DNA of 64,000 bases, from assembly GCF_006345805.1 (NCBI RefSeq), contig NC_043000.1:90892001-90956000 (forward strand), in the 5' to 3' direction. Below the pieces are notes generated by a model. The model ran no database searches and was not told the DNA's origin. It worked only from the letters and a program-made list of their open reading frames with translations. Every line of letters starts with the position of its first letter. The first letter of the stretch is position 1. Shown here piece after piece: positions 51,086 through 64,000 of the stretch. Both the position numbers and the translations under genes were made by a program. The stretch comes from Octopus sinensis (taxonomy: Eukaryota).

Positions 51086-51442
51086 TATAAACCGTTATAA
51101 TTATCACCCCACTCCATTTCTCTATCGATCTATGTATCCAACCATCTATCGATCAGTAAATCTACCTACCCTGCTACTTATGAAAACACACACACACGCG
51201 CGCGCGCGCCACACGGAATACTATCCTCACACACACATACACGCATAATCCTTAAGCATGCTGCCCTATATAGCCGAAAGCTACAACGAACTTTGATCTT
51301 TCTAAATTTACTAATAAATTTCTTCGTAATTCTTTCGTTCTTCTTTCACTCCTACCGCTCTCTAGCCCATATGAATATAGTTTACAATATTTCTTCCTTT
51401 GCCTTCTCACTAACACCATTTTCTATCTTTACTTGCCATGCA

Positions 51443-51556
51443 TTCTTCTTCTTCTTCTTCTTCTTCTTCTTCTTCTTCTTCTTCTTCTTCTTCTTCTTCT
51501 TCTTCTTCTTCTTCTTCTTCTTCTTCTTCTTCTTCTTCTTCTTCTTCTTCTTCTTC
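51443..51556. repeat. Perfect (TTC)n, about 38 units
   Basis: Direct. Confidence 0.97.
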
Positions 51557-51703
51557 AAGCATCAGTTAACGTATGAAACGAAGTGAAATATTAAAAAAAA
51601 GTTTTGTTACTGGATTGCGCTCTCTTGAAAATATATGTGTGTGTGTGTGTGTGTGTGTACATGTGCGTGTGTGTCTGTGTTTGTTTGTGTGTGTGTGTAT
51701 TTA

Positions 51704-51748
<45 letters not shown>

Positions 51749-51994
51749 GAGAGAGAGAGAGAGAGAGAGAGAAATAAAGCGAGAGAAATTCATATGATGA
51801 TAATGATGATGTTGTTGATGAGGAAGAAGATGATGACGGTGATGATGACAAGGCTGAAGAACAGGAGGAGGAAGAAGAGAAGGAAGAGGAGGGGGAGGGG
51901 GAAGAAGAGGAGGGTGAAGAGTAGTAGAACAATAATTATTATAACACTGATAATAAAAATATTGATGAAGTAGAGTGCAGGAGAAAACAGGGAG

Positions 51995-52081
<87 letters not shown>

Positions 52082-52105
52082 GAGAGAGACAGAGAGAGAG
52101 AGAGA
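51995..52105. repeat. (GATA)n/(GA)n microsatellite
   Basis: Direct. Confidence 0.95.
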
Positions 52106-52663
52106 AGCAGAAAGCAGGATATGAATCAAAGAAAAGCCAGATAAGCGAGAAAGCGACGGAGTGGGAATGGAATAGTCTTAAATGGGAAATTAGCGTCCGA
52201 CAGCCATTGATTAAACGCATTTTTGGTCTACGATCAATGAGAAATCCAATACACATACAGACATGCAAATAAAAGCCCAGGCATACATAAGCATTCTTGA
52301 ACATACATACAATAGTCACATATACACACAAGCACATACATACATATATAATTACATACATACATACATACATACCCTATATATATACATACATACATAC
52401 CCTATATACATATATATAGTATTATGTGAAAGTTATAGAAATAAAGTAATAATGCAAAGATGTATTTAAAAATTATTTAGAAGTGGATATACTCAGCTGT
52501 TCGAATACCGATTCATTTGTACGTATTAAATGAAAAGCATTTCATGCGTGTATATATGTTTACTTATACTTCATTGTGTGCATCTATCTGTCTGCTTGGT
52601 CTGTATGTCTGTCTATCTGTCTGTCTGTCTATCTGTCTATCTGTCTGACTTTCTGTCTGTCTG

Positions 52664-52721
<58 letters not shown>

Positions 52722-52860
52722 CCAGTCTTTCTGCCTGACTGTTTGTCTGTAAAGATATAGAAAGATATATACATTTATATTACTCATATATATTCACATA
52801 TATACATATACATGTTTGTGTGTAATTATATGGTTATAAATATGCACGTGTTTATATACC

Positions 52861-52913
<53 letters not shown>

Positions 52914-53128
52914 GTGTGTGTACGTAAAAATTTGGAAATTTTAAAACATATTTCTTCTCTATATTTTCATTTAATATATCGTATTTTTCTATATATGTTT
53001 TTCTTTCTAATTTGTGGGTTTTTGGGAGATATATTTTAAATACAGCATTTTATTTCTCCTTTGTTGTTATAATGTTATTAATTCTAAAAATAGCATTGAA
53101 GTTGCGAACAAATGTTAACTGTTAATAA

Positions 53129-53187
<59 letters not shown>

Positions 53188-53188
<1 letters not shown>

Positions 53189-53325
53189 CTTTTCTACTAT
53201 AGGCACAAGGACTGAATGTTTGGGAGAGGGGTCAAGTCGATTACAACGACCCCCAGTGTTCCACTGGTACCTAATTAATCGACCCCAAGAGGATAAAAAG
53301 CAAAGTCGACCTCAGCAGAATTTGA
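53188..53325 (-). mobile_element. SINE S1, 5'-truncated
   Basis: AGGCACAAGG...GTCGATTACAACGACCCCAG...CAAAGTCGACCTCAGCAGAATTTGAA. Confidence 0.75.
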
Positions 53326-53327
53326 AA

Positions 53328-53329
<2 letters not shown>

Positions 53330-53371
<42 letters not shown>

Positions 53372-53393
53372 AATAATAATAATAATAATAATT

Positions 53394-53437
<44 letters not shown>

Positions 53438-53474
53438 TATAATAATAATGATTATAATAATAATGATAATAATA

Positions 53475-53538
<64 letters not shown>

Positions 53539-53540
53539 TA
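53330..53540. repeat. (GAT)n/(AAT)n microsatellite
   Basis: Direct. Confidence 0.95.
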
Positions 53541-54066
53541 TAGTTGGGATTTTTCAGTCAAGACAGACAGAACGATCCAAGTTAATCGAACAGACATAAT
53601 TATTAAAGACTCGGAAGAAAAAAAACTTGCAGACTAACAGTTGTAAGTGTTCTCACTGATAAAAATATATCAGTAAAGGAATTTGATAAACTAAGTAAAT
53701 ATAAGGAGCTGGAAATTGAAATACAGAAGATATAGCATTTTTAATCGAAAACTGTTCCTGTTATTGTAGGTGCCCAAATTATTATAATAAAAGGGAAGTT
53801 AGATATATCTAGATAATATCCCAGGAGAACTATGTCTCAGAAAATTCCAAAAGAATGTGCTGACAAGTACTGCCCACATCCTTAGAAAAGCCCTATCAAT
53901 TTAAATGCATGTGTTGCATTACATGGACATATTTCGCTACTGCCCTTGCCACCTACCCTCACCAAACTTTCAATGATACTTACCAACATCTCTTACCTTA
54001 CACTTGCCCTAGGGCAGTGGGTGTGTCTCGGCAAGTGATTGCAACAAACATGCAGATTACAAGTAA
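53541..54066 (+). mobile_element. R4/Dong-like retrotransposon 3' end (restriction-like endonuclease plus 3' UTR)
   Basis: WDFSVKTDRTIQVNRTDIIIKD..TDKNISVKEFDKLSKYKELEIEIQK..KTVPVIVGA..KNVLTSTAHILRKALSI*; 3' hairpin CTTGCC...GGCAAG; (AAT)n on both sides. Confidence 0.85.
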
Positions 54067-54075
54067 ATAATAATG

Positions 54076-54148
<73 letters not shown>

Positions 54149-54154
54149 CAGCAC

Positions 54155-54333
54155 AACTGGGCCCCACCTGCAAGGTCATGTGGTGTTTATCTTGATATGA
54201 GATCACCATGTCGCGCACATATGGTTGTGATGCATGTGCCTGGTGTACCCTTATCAGACGGGTAGTCATGATGGGTATATTGGGCTTCGTATATTTTACC
54301 CCAGTGTCACTTTGATGGCATGCACTGCTCTCT
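54155..54333 (+). mobile_element. Truncated copy of the (AAT)n-associated 558-bp element
   Basis: Near-identical to the reverse complement of about 19593-19772. Confidence 0.85.
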
Positions 54334-54344
54334 AAAAAAATTAG

Positions 54345-54420
<76 letters not shown>

Positions 54421-54427
54421 TGATAGT

Positions 54428-55680
54428 GATAAGAGATATAACTATCTGAAAATACTAGAGTCAGATGAAATAAAACATATAGTGATGACGCAAATTGCAA
54501 GTAGCGACCATAAAAGGAGAGTGAGAAATGGTAGAATTGAGTGAGGGTTGAGTTCAAGAAATGTCATTGGGGTTATTAATTCAAGAGTAGTGCCAATTAT
54601 TAGCTATGGGGATGTGAAATGGACAAAAGACGAAATGCAGAAACTTTACACGAAAACTAGAAAAACTAATGTTTATGTATTCGAAGGATTCGAAGGCTGA
54701 TATCAAGCGGCTGTCCTGGAAGGAAGACCAGGGTTAATGAAGCTTAATTGCTGTGGAAACGTATGTGTAAATGGAATGAATGAACTTACTTGATTATTTG
54801 CAGGGCATTACTGATAAGTTATTAAAGGCGTTGAATAAAGAACTGGAAAAAAAGGAAAAGGACAAAACTGAAGAAATTCAAAGAGAACATGTTGAACAAA
54901 TTGAAGAAGTTTCTTTACAAGGTCAGTTTGGAAAGCCATTGAGGATGTATATAGAATATAATTTTGCGCTTGGTTGACATAGGGACACACGTAGAAAGGG
55001 TGACTGGTAATAAAGTCATAAGAGAAAAGTCACAATTAATTTATGGTGGCCGGTAATAAAGTCAAAAGAAAAAACAAGTTACAATTAATTTATGGGATCG
55101 GGACAAAACCTCCCTAGGAAAAAAACCTTCTCTGACAAAACTACCCCCGGACAAAATCCCTGTGACTTTAATACTGTGACTTTTTTTCCTGTGACTTTTT
55201 TTTTACCTGGATTCGAAAAAAGAGAGCCTTATTATGGCAGCTCAAGATCAAGCACTGCAAACAGACATATTGTGTATGGAGAGAAAGTATCAACACAATG
55301 TAGCGTATGTGAAATTTGGATTGAGACAATGGCATGCATTCTTGCACAGTGCTCCAAGTTGCCTTCAGGGTGAATATAAGAAACTCGGATATGATAAAGT
55401 TGTGAAAGTTTTAACATTGGAAGTTTTGTCAAACATGTTAGTTTGAAGTTGGAAGTACAGGGTGCAATCGTCGGGTAGAAAAATACTTGAGTTAGAAATA
55501 CACAAAATTTTGTGGACGTTTCCAATGCAAGCGGAAAAGAAGACGGAATATAACAAGCCAGTTATAACACTGACAGGAAAGGAAACTCAAAAAAGCATAC
55601 TGAGTTATCCATTATGGCCATACAAGGGTTGTGAAGAAAATAAATGCAAACTTGAAAAACTACATCTGAGTAAATTCTGA
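54428..55680 (+). pseudogene. Decayed R4/Dong-like ORF segment (post-RT, zinc knuckle, start of RLE)
   Basis: RYNYLKILESDEIKH, KWTKDEMQKLYTKTRK, LQGQF, ESLIMAAQDQALQT, CSVCEIWIETMACILAQC, KILWTFPMQ..KP; interrupted by a MITE. Confidence 0.8.
55007..55206. mobile_element. 200-bp MITE with GTAA...TTAC ends and CTG target duplication
   Basis: Left GTAATAAAGTCATAAGAGAAAAGTCACA vs right TGTGACTTTTTTTCCTGTGACTTTTTTTTTAC; CTG at 55004-55006 and 55207-55209. Confidence 0.65.
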
Positions 55681-55974
55681 GTTTGAGAGTATTTGGTACA
55701 TGAAATCTGTAAAGATTGTACCAGTGATAATTGGTGTATTAGGGAGTGTGATTGATGAAATATTCCAACATATAAAGGAGGTTCGAATAGAAATAACTTG
55801 TAAAGCGTTTACAGAAGGTTTGCTTCTTATGAACAGGGGAAAACTATTAGAAGAGATTTGAATACTTCGGTATTCATTGAAGTAATGTGTATCTAAAGTT
55901 ATAGGGAATAATGCGCTATCCACAGAAATTCTAACAGGAATAAGACCAATTCTGAGAGAAGACGATAATAATAA

Positions 55975-56395
55975 TGATTTCAAATTTCGGTACAAGATCA
56001 GTAATTTCGGGGAGCAGGTAAGTCGATTATATCGAACCCCGCCCTCAAATGACACTTATTTTATCAAGACCGAAAGGATGAGAGGCGAGGTAGGTCAATG
56101 TCGGAGGAATTTCAACTCAGGACGTAGAGGCGGACGAAGTGCTGCTAAGTTTTTTTTCCCCGGCGTACTAATGATTGTGCCAGCTCACCATCTTTGAAAT
56201 AAACCTTTCTACTAAAGTAAGAAGGCTTGAAATTTTGGGGCGGCGGCTAGTCGATTAGATCGACCCCTGTACATAACTGTTACTTTTTTCACCGACCCTG
56301 AAAGGATGAAAGGTAAAGTCGACCTCAGCGGAATTTAAACTCAAAACGCAAGGAGGCGTGCAAACTATTCTGTCAGTTCACCATCTTTGAAATGA
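55975..56395 (-). mobile_element. Two tandem SINE S1 copies (55975-56195, 56205-56395)
   Basis: TTTCAAATTTCGGTAC...GGAATTTCAACTCAG...GCCAGCTCACC; second copy AAAGTCGACCTCAGCGGAATTTAAACTC. Confidence 0.8.
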
Positions 56396-56411
56396 TAATA
56401 GTTATTATTTG

Positions 56412-56600
56412 TAAGCCAGCGAGCTGGCAGAAAACTGAACAAGGTGCATAGCAGCATTACGCCTCTCTTTATGTTCTGAGTTCAAATTCCGCCGCGGTCC
56501 ACATTACCTTTCATCGTATCGTGGTCGATAAAATAAGTACCAGTCGAACTCTTGGATCAATGTATTCCGCTTCCCTCATCGCAACAGATTTCATGTCTTC
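56412..56600 (+). mobile_element. SINE S1
   Basis: GCGAGCTGGCAGAA...GAGTTCAAATTCCGCC...GGTCGATAAAATAAGTACCAG. Confidence 0.8.
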
Positions 56601-56974
56601 TGCTAATTAAACGTAGATTTATTAATACTAATATTAATTCTATTCTGTTTCCTTGCCTCCAAATGATGTCAGTTTTTTTTACGAACTCATTCAAATTCCT
56701 CTAAGTACATACGATTATCGTCTTAAAGGCAGAGAGCCGTTTGTTAATTAAAAATCAAGTAGATTGTCTACCCTTTGTGAAGAGGCCTGACTGAGTTATC
56801 TTATGATAAAGTTTCATACTCTTGGCTGTCTATCACGCGCGCTGTTGTGTGTGAAAGAGAAAGGCGAATGTATATAACACCATGCTTCTTTTCGGTTGTT
56901 GTTTTAAAATTTTTATTGTTCGTTTGTATTTTTTATTCTTAGAACCACAAATGCACGCACATACATACAACGCA

Positions 56975-58020
<1,046 letters not shown>

Positions 58021-58618
58021 GTGAATAGCAGACGTGTTGTGTCGGGAGAGCGAGGCTTCTTTGGAGGATGAGGAGCTGAGAGTGGGGTGTAAAATTTGTG
58101 TCAAGAGCATCGAAAAGAACAGAAACGAAGAGAATAGCAGAAACGAAGAGAACAGAAAGAGAAGCGGGAGAGATAAAAGGTGAAAAGCTATATTATATCT
58201 ATCCAAAGAGTGCTATAGATTATTGAAGATTTTTAGGTGGTAACTGCACAAGAATGGAGTGGTGCAGATAGCCAATTCTATGTTGTGCAGTCATGCATGT
58301 ATAAGGACTTATGTGTACATTTCGCAAGTAGATGCGTCTAAGTTTGAACAGTGAATATGTACACGTGTTCATATGCGTTAGCATATGAATGCTTGTATAA
58401 TATAAATGGATTTAAAAAAAAATACTAATAAAAGTAAAGGTAAAATGATAATACCACGGCTATACATCTCTTTGATTTACTCACACACGTACTTAACCAC
58501 TTACATGGAGACAAAATGTATAGACATATACAGACATATACGCACAAACGTACTTATAGAGAAATAATTCATAACTACTTATGCATGTTATCATGTATTC
58601 ATATATATATATATATAT

Positions 58619-58667
<49 letters not shown>

Positions 58668-58863
58668 ATATTATTATACATATATAATATATGTATATTA
58701 TAAAATATGTATGTATGTTATATATATGTATATATATATGTACATATATAATATATATGTATGTATATATACATATACATATATATATATACATACATAT
58801 ATATTTATATATATATAAAGATATATATATACAACATACATACATATATACATATTATATATA

Positions 58864-58906
<43 letters not shown>

Positions 58907-58908
58907 GC

Positions 58909-59010
58909 GCAGGAGTGGTTGTTTGGTAAGTAGCTTTGCTTACTAACCACATGGTTCCGGTTCAGTCCCACTGCGTATCAGCCTGTGTTAGCCCAGGCTA
59001 TAGTAGAATA
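58909..59010 (+). mobile_element. SINE S2 head joined to a short inverted S2 segment
   Basis: GCAGGAGTGGTTGTTTGGTAAGTAGC...AACCACATGGTTCCGGTTCAGTCCCACTGCG, then GGCTATAGTAGAA (reverse complement of the S2 body). Confidence 0.75.
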
Positions 59011-59268
59011 TATATATACACACACACATACATATATAGAGATATACACATACATATATACACACATGTATATGTAAGCATATATATATAATTACGATAA
59101 ACAGGCATGCGCGTATATACATGTGCACAGATTACTGAATATATGATCATGTCATCGTGTGAAAGCGATTATTATGATCAGACATTCAGGTTATCAATTC
59201 AATTTCACATATGCGATGTATATATTACTCTTGTACGTAGATGCATACACACACCCGCAGCCATATAC

Positions 59269-59310
<42 letters not shown>

Positions 59311-59552
59311 TAGTATATAATAATGTTTATATCTATTGTCCTTAATGAATAAGAACAACAGACATGAAGTGAATTAAAAATACGATACGTGATGCAAACT
59401 GAAATATATATTTGTTTGAATATTTCTGTGTAATACCGATGTAGACTTCGCAAAGCGTGTTTGATATGTGTCTCTGAGATAAACATCAAAGTCTACTGAA
59501 CTCTATCTCTATCTCTGCATGTGTGCGTGTGTGTATATATAATATGTGTGTG

Positions 59553-59596
<44 letters not shown>

Positions 59597-59619
59597 AAGT
59601 AGTAAATCCAAAAAAAGAA

Positions 59620-59770
59620 CAACAAAGAAAAAATCAACAACGCTAGAACGTGCTACATGTAAAGTATTAGGAGAGGCTCAGGGAAGGAAAGAAAGATGGT
59701 TTAACGTTTCGAGCAACGCTCTTCTTCACAAACAGAGGAAAGTCCAATAGAAAGGAAGAGGGAGTATTCA
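59620..59770 (-). mobile_element. Second copy of the Penelope-like repeat with a hammerhead-like motif
   Basis: Reverse complement GTTT-GTGAAGA-A-GAGC GTT GCTC-GAAA-CGT-T-AAAC at 59699-59733. Confidence 0.5.
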
Positions 59771-60009
59771 CATGTGGTTGCATTTTGAAATGACGGGAAG
59801 GGAAAGGGTGAAGAAAAGTTGTTTCTAAGTCAGGAGAGTGTTAGAGAAGGAGGTATGTGTGTGCGCGCTAGTCTGTGAGTGAACTGTGTGCCTCTTAACG
59901 TCGTACGAAGAATTCAGCAGCATGGTAACAAGAGTGGTGGTCTTTTGTGTAATTGTGTCTCTTCACATGTGCGTAGAGGAATGGTCAGTAGAAAGGTGTT
60001 TCACTGGCA

Positions 60010-60735
60010 GTTTGAATTACGTGTTTGTGTCTGTATGTATATGTTGTGTGTAGTGTGTTCATTCATCTGTGTGTATGACTGTAGGTGTGTGTGTATGTGT
60101 GTGTGTGTAGATTGTGTGGGAGGTTGCGTCTGTGGAGTAAATGTACGTTCCTGTGTGTCTGTGCGTGCGTGTGTGTGCGTGTGCGTACGTGTGTGTGCGT
60201 GTATGTGCATGTGTATATGTCAATGTATGTGTAATTGTGTGAGTGTATGTATTAGTGTGTGTAGTGTGTGAGTGTACGTGTTTGTGTACATGTGTGTGTG
60301 TGCGTGTGAGTGTATGTGTTTGTGTATATGTGTGTGTATGTTCGTGTATGTGGTGCATATGTGCGTCCCTGTGTGTTTATGCGTGCGTGTGCGTGCATGT
60401 GTGTGCGTGTATGTGTGCGTGTATATGCACATGTATGCGTAATTGTATGCATGTATGTAAGAGTGTGTGTTGTAATGTGTGGGAGTTATGTGTGCGTTCA
60501 TGCGTATGTGCGTGTGTATATGTATGTGTGTGCGTGTGTATATGTGTGTGAACGTGGGATTGTATGTGGAGATATATTTACATTGTTTTGCGTGTATGTG
60601 CGTGTAGTTGTGTGTACGTGTGTGCGTGTACGTGTGTGTGTGTATGTTGGCGTGTGTATTTGTGTGTGCGTGGGGCTGTGTGTATTAGGTATGTGTGCAC
60701 GTTCGTGCGTGTGTGTGTGTATGTGCGTGCGTCTG
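60010..60735. repeat. Long cryptic (GT)n low-complexity tract
   Basis: Direct. Confidence 0.9.
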
Positions 60736-60949
60736 TGATAAAATAGAAATGCAATTATAAAAAAATCAACTTGTAAAAAATGGTGTATATATATATATGT
60801 ATACGAGATTAATCAGCCGAAATTGCGAGGATGATCCGGTTCTTGACTGAAGATTAGAGGCTTCAAATGACCCGTCCGTTTTTTGCGTCGTCTATTTGAA
60901 TGTTTTGCGTTCTTGTCCCATTTTGTATTTTAATATATATATGTATATA

Positions 60950-60981
<32 letters not shown>

Positions 60982-60989
60982 GACATATA

Positions 60990-61130
60990 CAGTTGCGGCC
61001 AAAATGTTCAGAACGGCATTGTTTTCGGCTGAAAAGTAGGTATAAGTTTTTTATCAAAGTTGTTTTATGTTCTATAATTTTCCCAGACAATAAATACAAT
61101 ATTAATTGTTATTGTCTGAGAATTTGGTGT
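60990..61130 (+). mobile_element. Tc1-like terminal fragment
   Basis: TA|CAGTTGCGGCCAAAAT terminus next to (TA)n; internal inverted repeat CAGACAATAA/TTATTGTCTG; no opposite end found. Confidence 0.4.
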
Positions 61131-62159
61131 AATTTGAGAGGATAACACAAAAGTTATAGATGATTTAGTGATTTACTGCAAAACCCATGGCGGCCAAAAT
61201 GATGTATGTATTTATGCATGTATGTATGTACTAACAAATGCACCCTTCCTTTAGACGGCTTAAGTTGCTTTAGTGGTTTTATTTACCAAATAATTGAACT
61301 ACCGAGAAAGTTTATGAGTAGCATAGCAATCTACGTTTCAGAATAACCTAGGAACAGAAAACAGAATTGAAGACTGGTTATTGTAGAGTTCGTTGCACTT
61401 TAATGGTCATCGAACATATAAGTTTGCAAGCGATGCAAAGCAGAGCGACTGAAGTGTTTTGGTAGTAGATTACGGATAATGACTACAAAATATAGTTTGT
61501 TTTACATGAAGGCGAAATTTCTTGTCAGAAACAGCCATATATAAAAGGTGTAAGGAAACTTCCCCTCTGGCAGTTTATTTAACTCAACAGCAAAGAGAGA
61601 TATTTTTTTCAGAGAGCAGTTTGCTTGATACGTTCGAAAATGATAATATAATACCTACTTGAAAAAGTAGAGTTTAAGGAATGAATTTGCTACGCGCTTA
61701 CAGTGTATGACCATTCTGAAACTGACTTCAGGTAACGAAAAATAAAGACATGAAGAGTTCGACTTCAGTTCACGAATACTGCTTTGAATCTTTAGCAGTT
61801 CGCAGTGAAAAGATGCCACATTCGAAATATCACAATGGATGGGTAAATAAGCATCCTTAAAGTGAAACAGCGCATTGATACTTAAACAAAGGTAGAAGCA
61901 AATGGAAGGGAATATTACACTTCAAGTAACTCAGAACAGGTAAAGGTAAGCCCGCCAAAGTTTAACGCAGTTTGAATATGGAGATTAAGATTGTCTGGTA
62001 TTGGATATTCATCGCGTAGTGTTCCTAGTCAATTTAATCACTGTCGCAGGTGGACAAAGTAAAGAAATAGACAAAATCCCTTCAATTTATAATATTCTCT
62101 AACCAAGTAATAATACACAATTATAACATATAAATGAGTAATATATAAATAAAAATGTG

Positions 62160-62462
62160 AAAACCACTAAAAATATTTTTTCTAATACCACTATAAGACC
62201 ATATAGATTTTAAAAATTATAGAAGACCCTACATACAAAAACACTGAGTACATAGAACGAATTAGAAAAAAAACGTGAAAACCACCGGTTTTTTGGTGGG
62301 AGGTCCATTTACGCGGGAGCACCGGGCAAAATGTTATAGTGCATGACTATCCTTTGGACATACGTAATGTGCGTGCAACGTTTGGTGGAAATCAATTGAG
62401 AATTGTGGAAATGCATGTGTTAGTCAATATACACCCACATACTGTGATTTATATATACTAAT
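62160..62462 (-). mobile_element. Possible second Helitron-like family (H2)
   Basis: Reverse complement starts TAGTATATATAAATCACAGTATGTGGGTG and has ...GATTTCCACCAAACGTTGCACGCACATT, similar in layout to the H1 5' region; 3' end not identified. Confidence 0.35.
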
Positions 62463-62533
62463 TCTTTATTCAGGTACTCAGGTTCTTACCAGAAATACTA
62501 GATAAATGAATAAATAAATAGATAAATATATAT

Positions 62534-62587
<54 letters not shown>

Positions 62588-62599
<12 letters not shown>

Positions 62600-62970
62600 G
62601 AGCAAAACGCCCCTCGTCCAATGGACGGTGTTGAGTTGTCAAACATTTAAACCAAATTTTCTCAAAACAACTTGTCCGACGTCCCATTTTGTGGTATTAT
62701 TTCAAGCCAGCCGGCTTTTTGCGCAAACTGCATGTGTGCTCATAGTATCGATCGCAACAGCTGATGTACATGCGCGTAAAAATGCACGTTCCCACGGCTT
62801 TATCGATCGCATTCTCACCTGCAATCGATTTTTGTAATTTTTTAAAGACTTAAACACGCCCTGATACCGTCGGTATCTACATATCAAATTTGAGCGCAAT
62901 CAGATGGAGGATGCCCGAGATCCTAGAAGACACACATACACAGGCAGACAGAACTGATTTTATATAATAG
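62588..62970 (-). mobile_element. Helitron-like element H1 (copy 3, different middle module)
   Basis: Reverse complement TCTATTATATAAAATCAGTTCTGTCTG...; 3' CACCGTCCATTGGACGAGG GGCGTTTTGCTCGT. Confidence 0.65.
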
Positions 62971-63029
62971 ATATGTAGTGAGACAGGAATGATCTATTTT
63001 GTTGCTGTAGCTTAGTTGTGCTTTGGCAG

Positions 63030-63330
63030 ACACCAGCCAATCTGAGCTAGAGACGTAATAATAGGACTAGCAACTTCCTCCCAGCAGTATCGCGCACCAT
63101 TTTGGAATAACTTGAGCAGCTGCGGATTTGGAGGCCTACAAGCAACATCGCTTTCTTCGACATGTCACATTTTCTGTCCACCACCAACTACACGCAGCTC
63201 GTTTGATTAATATCAGTATAACGGTTTGGATGTTGGTGGTTATGTCGGGTTATCAATCATTTATTTGTGAGGCGTAGACAGAACGCTAGAAGTAATATGA
63301 GACGTAAACAGAACGCTAGAAGTAATATGC
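63030..63330. promoter_or_regulatory. Possible promoter-like segment
   Basis: Unique, relatively CpG-rich; AGCCAATC (63035), ACTTCCT (63073) and CCATTTT (63097) motifs are clustered; motif matches only. Confidence 0.15.
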
Positions 63331-64000
63331 ACTCGTAACGGCGTTCGGCATGTATGTTGAAGATACCGACATTTCACTAACATCACCGTTATAAGACAGT
63401 TTAAACTGGATGTGTTTTTAATACCAAGGTGAAGTCAAGTTTATCTGAAGAATGTTATTTCGTTTCTTCATAGTGGGTTGACTATTCTCTCGTTGACAAA
63501 AGCTTGTCTAACTTTATAAGGTGTATGCAAATATATCTTTAGCTAATTCAAAGATCAAAAGAAGGACTAGATTTAACAACAATCATTTATTTATAGAAAG
63601 TGAAAATGCTTACTATTAATTTATCACAACATAATAGTGATAGGAAAAATTGCAGTACATATCATAAAGAAGGAAAAACCTTTTGAAAGAATCTGTCGTG
63701 AGAAAGACGACAGGAAAATTTTTCTAGTTCCTCAAAATTACTATAAAAAAGGTTTAGAAAGGCATGACATAAGGTCATGAAGGATAAACAATGCAAAATA
63801 GCATTGCTAGAATGAGTGACAAGGTTGTAGTGTAGAATATATGTTCAGTATCAAGTATTGAAATGTCTACGTGTATATTGTTAGAAAAATTCTTACAAAG
63901 AAGAATAAATTTAAGAACTATATATTTACTACGTTAAAATATATTTTATTCATTGGTTGTTGATGAAATATAATCAAAATGTATAATCTAGTTGAATGAC

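Overview
AT-rich eukaryotic DNA made almost entirely of microsatellites and transposable-element remnants. The repeat families look like those of an octopus/coleoid cephalopod genome (inference from recalled repeat sequences, not verified). I found no host protein-coding gene I can support; only a few low-confidence small-exon candidates exist. Nearly all ORFs in the supplied track are translations of (TA)n, (CA)n, (AAT)n, (CTT)n or (GATA)n repeats. Supported content: about 35 copies of tRNA-derived SINEs in three families; two 5'-truncated CR1/L2-like LINE RT remnants; several R4/Dong-like (restriction-like endonuclease) retrotransposon remnants embedded in (AAT)n; a decayed Ty3/Gypsy pol; a full-length decayed mariner nested in a decayed hAT (Buster/Charlie-like) transposase; a maT/Tc1-like 5' fragment; three copies of a Helitron-like non-autonomous element; several MITEs/foldbacks; and a 1.4-kb higher-order (ATT)n array. 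The most interesting signals are (i) minimal hammerhead-ribozyme-like folds with compensatory base changes in short Penelope-like repeats, (ii) a 3' stem-loop shared, with covariation, between a LINE and a SINE family, and (iii) a set of retroelements that appear to target (AAT)n or (TA)n microsatellites. Coordinates of degenerate elements are approximate.
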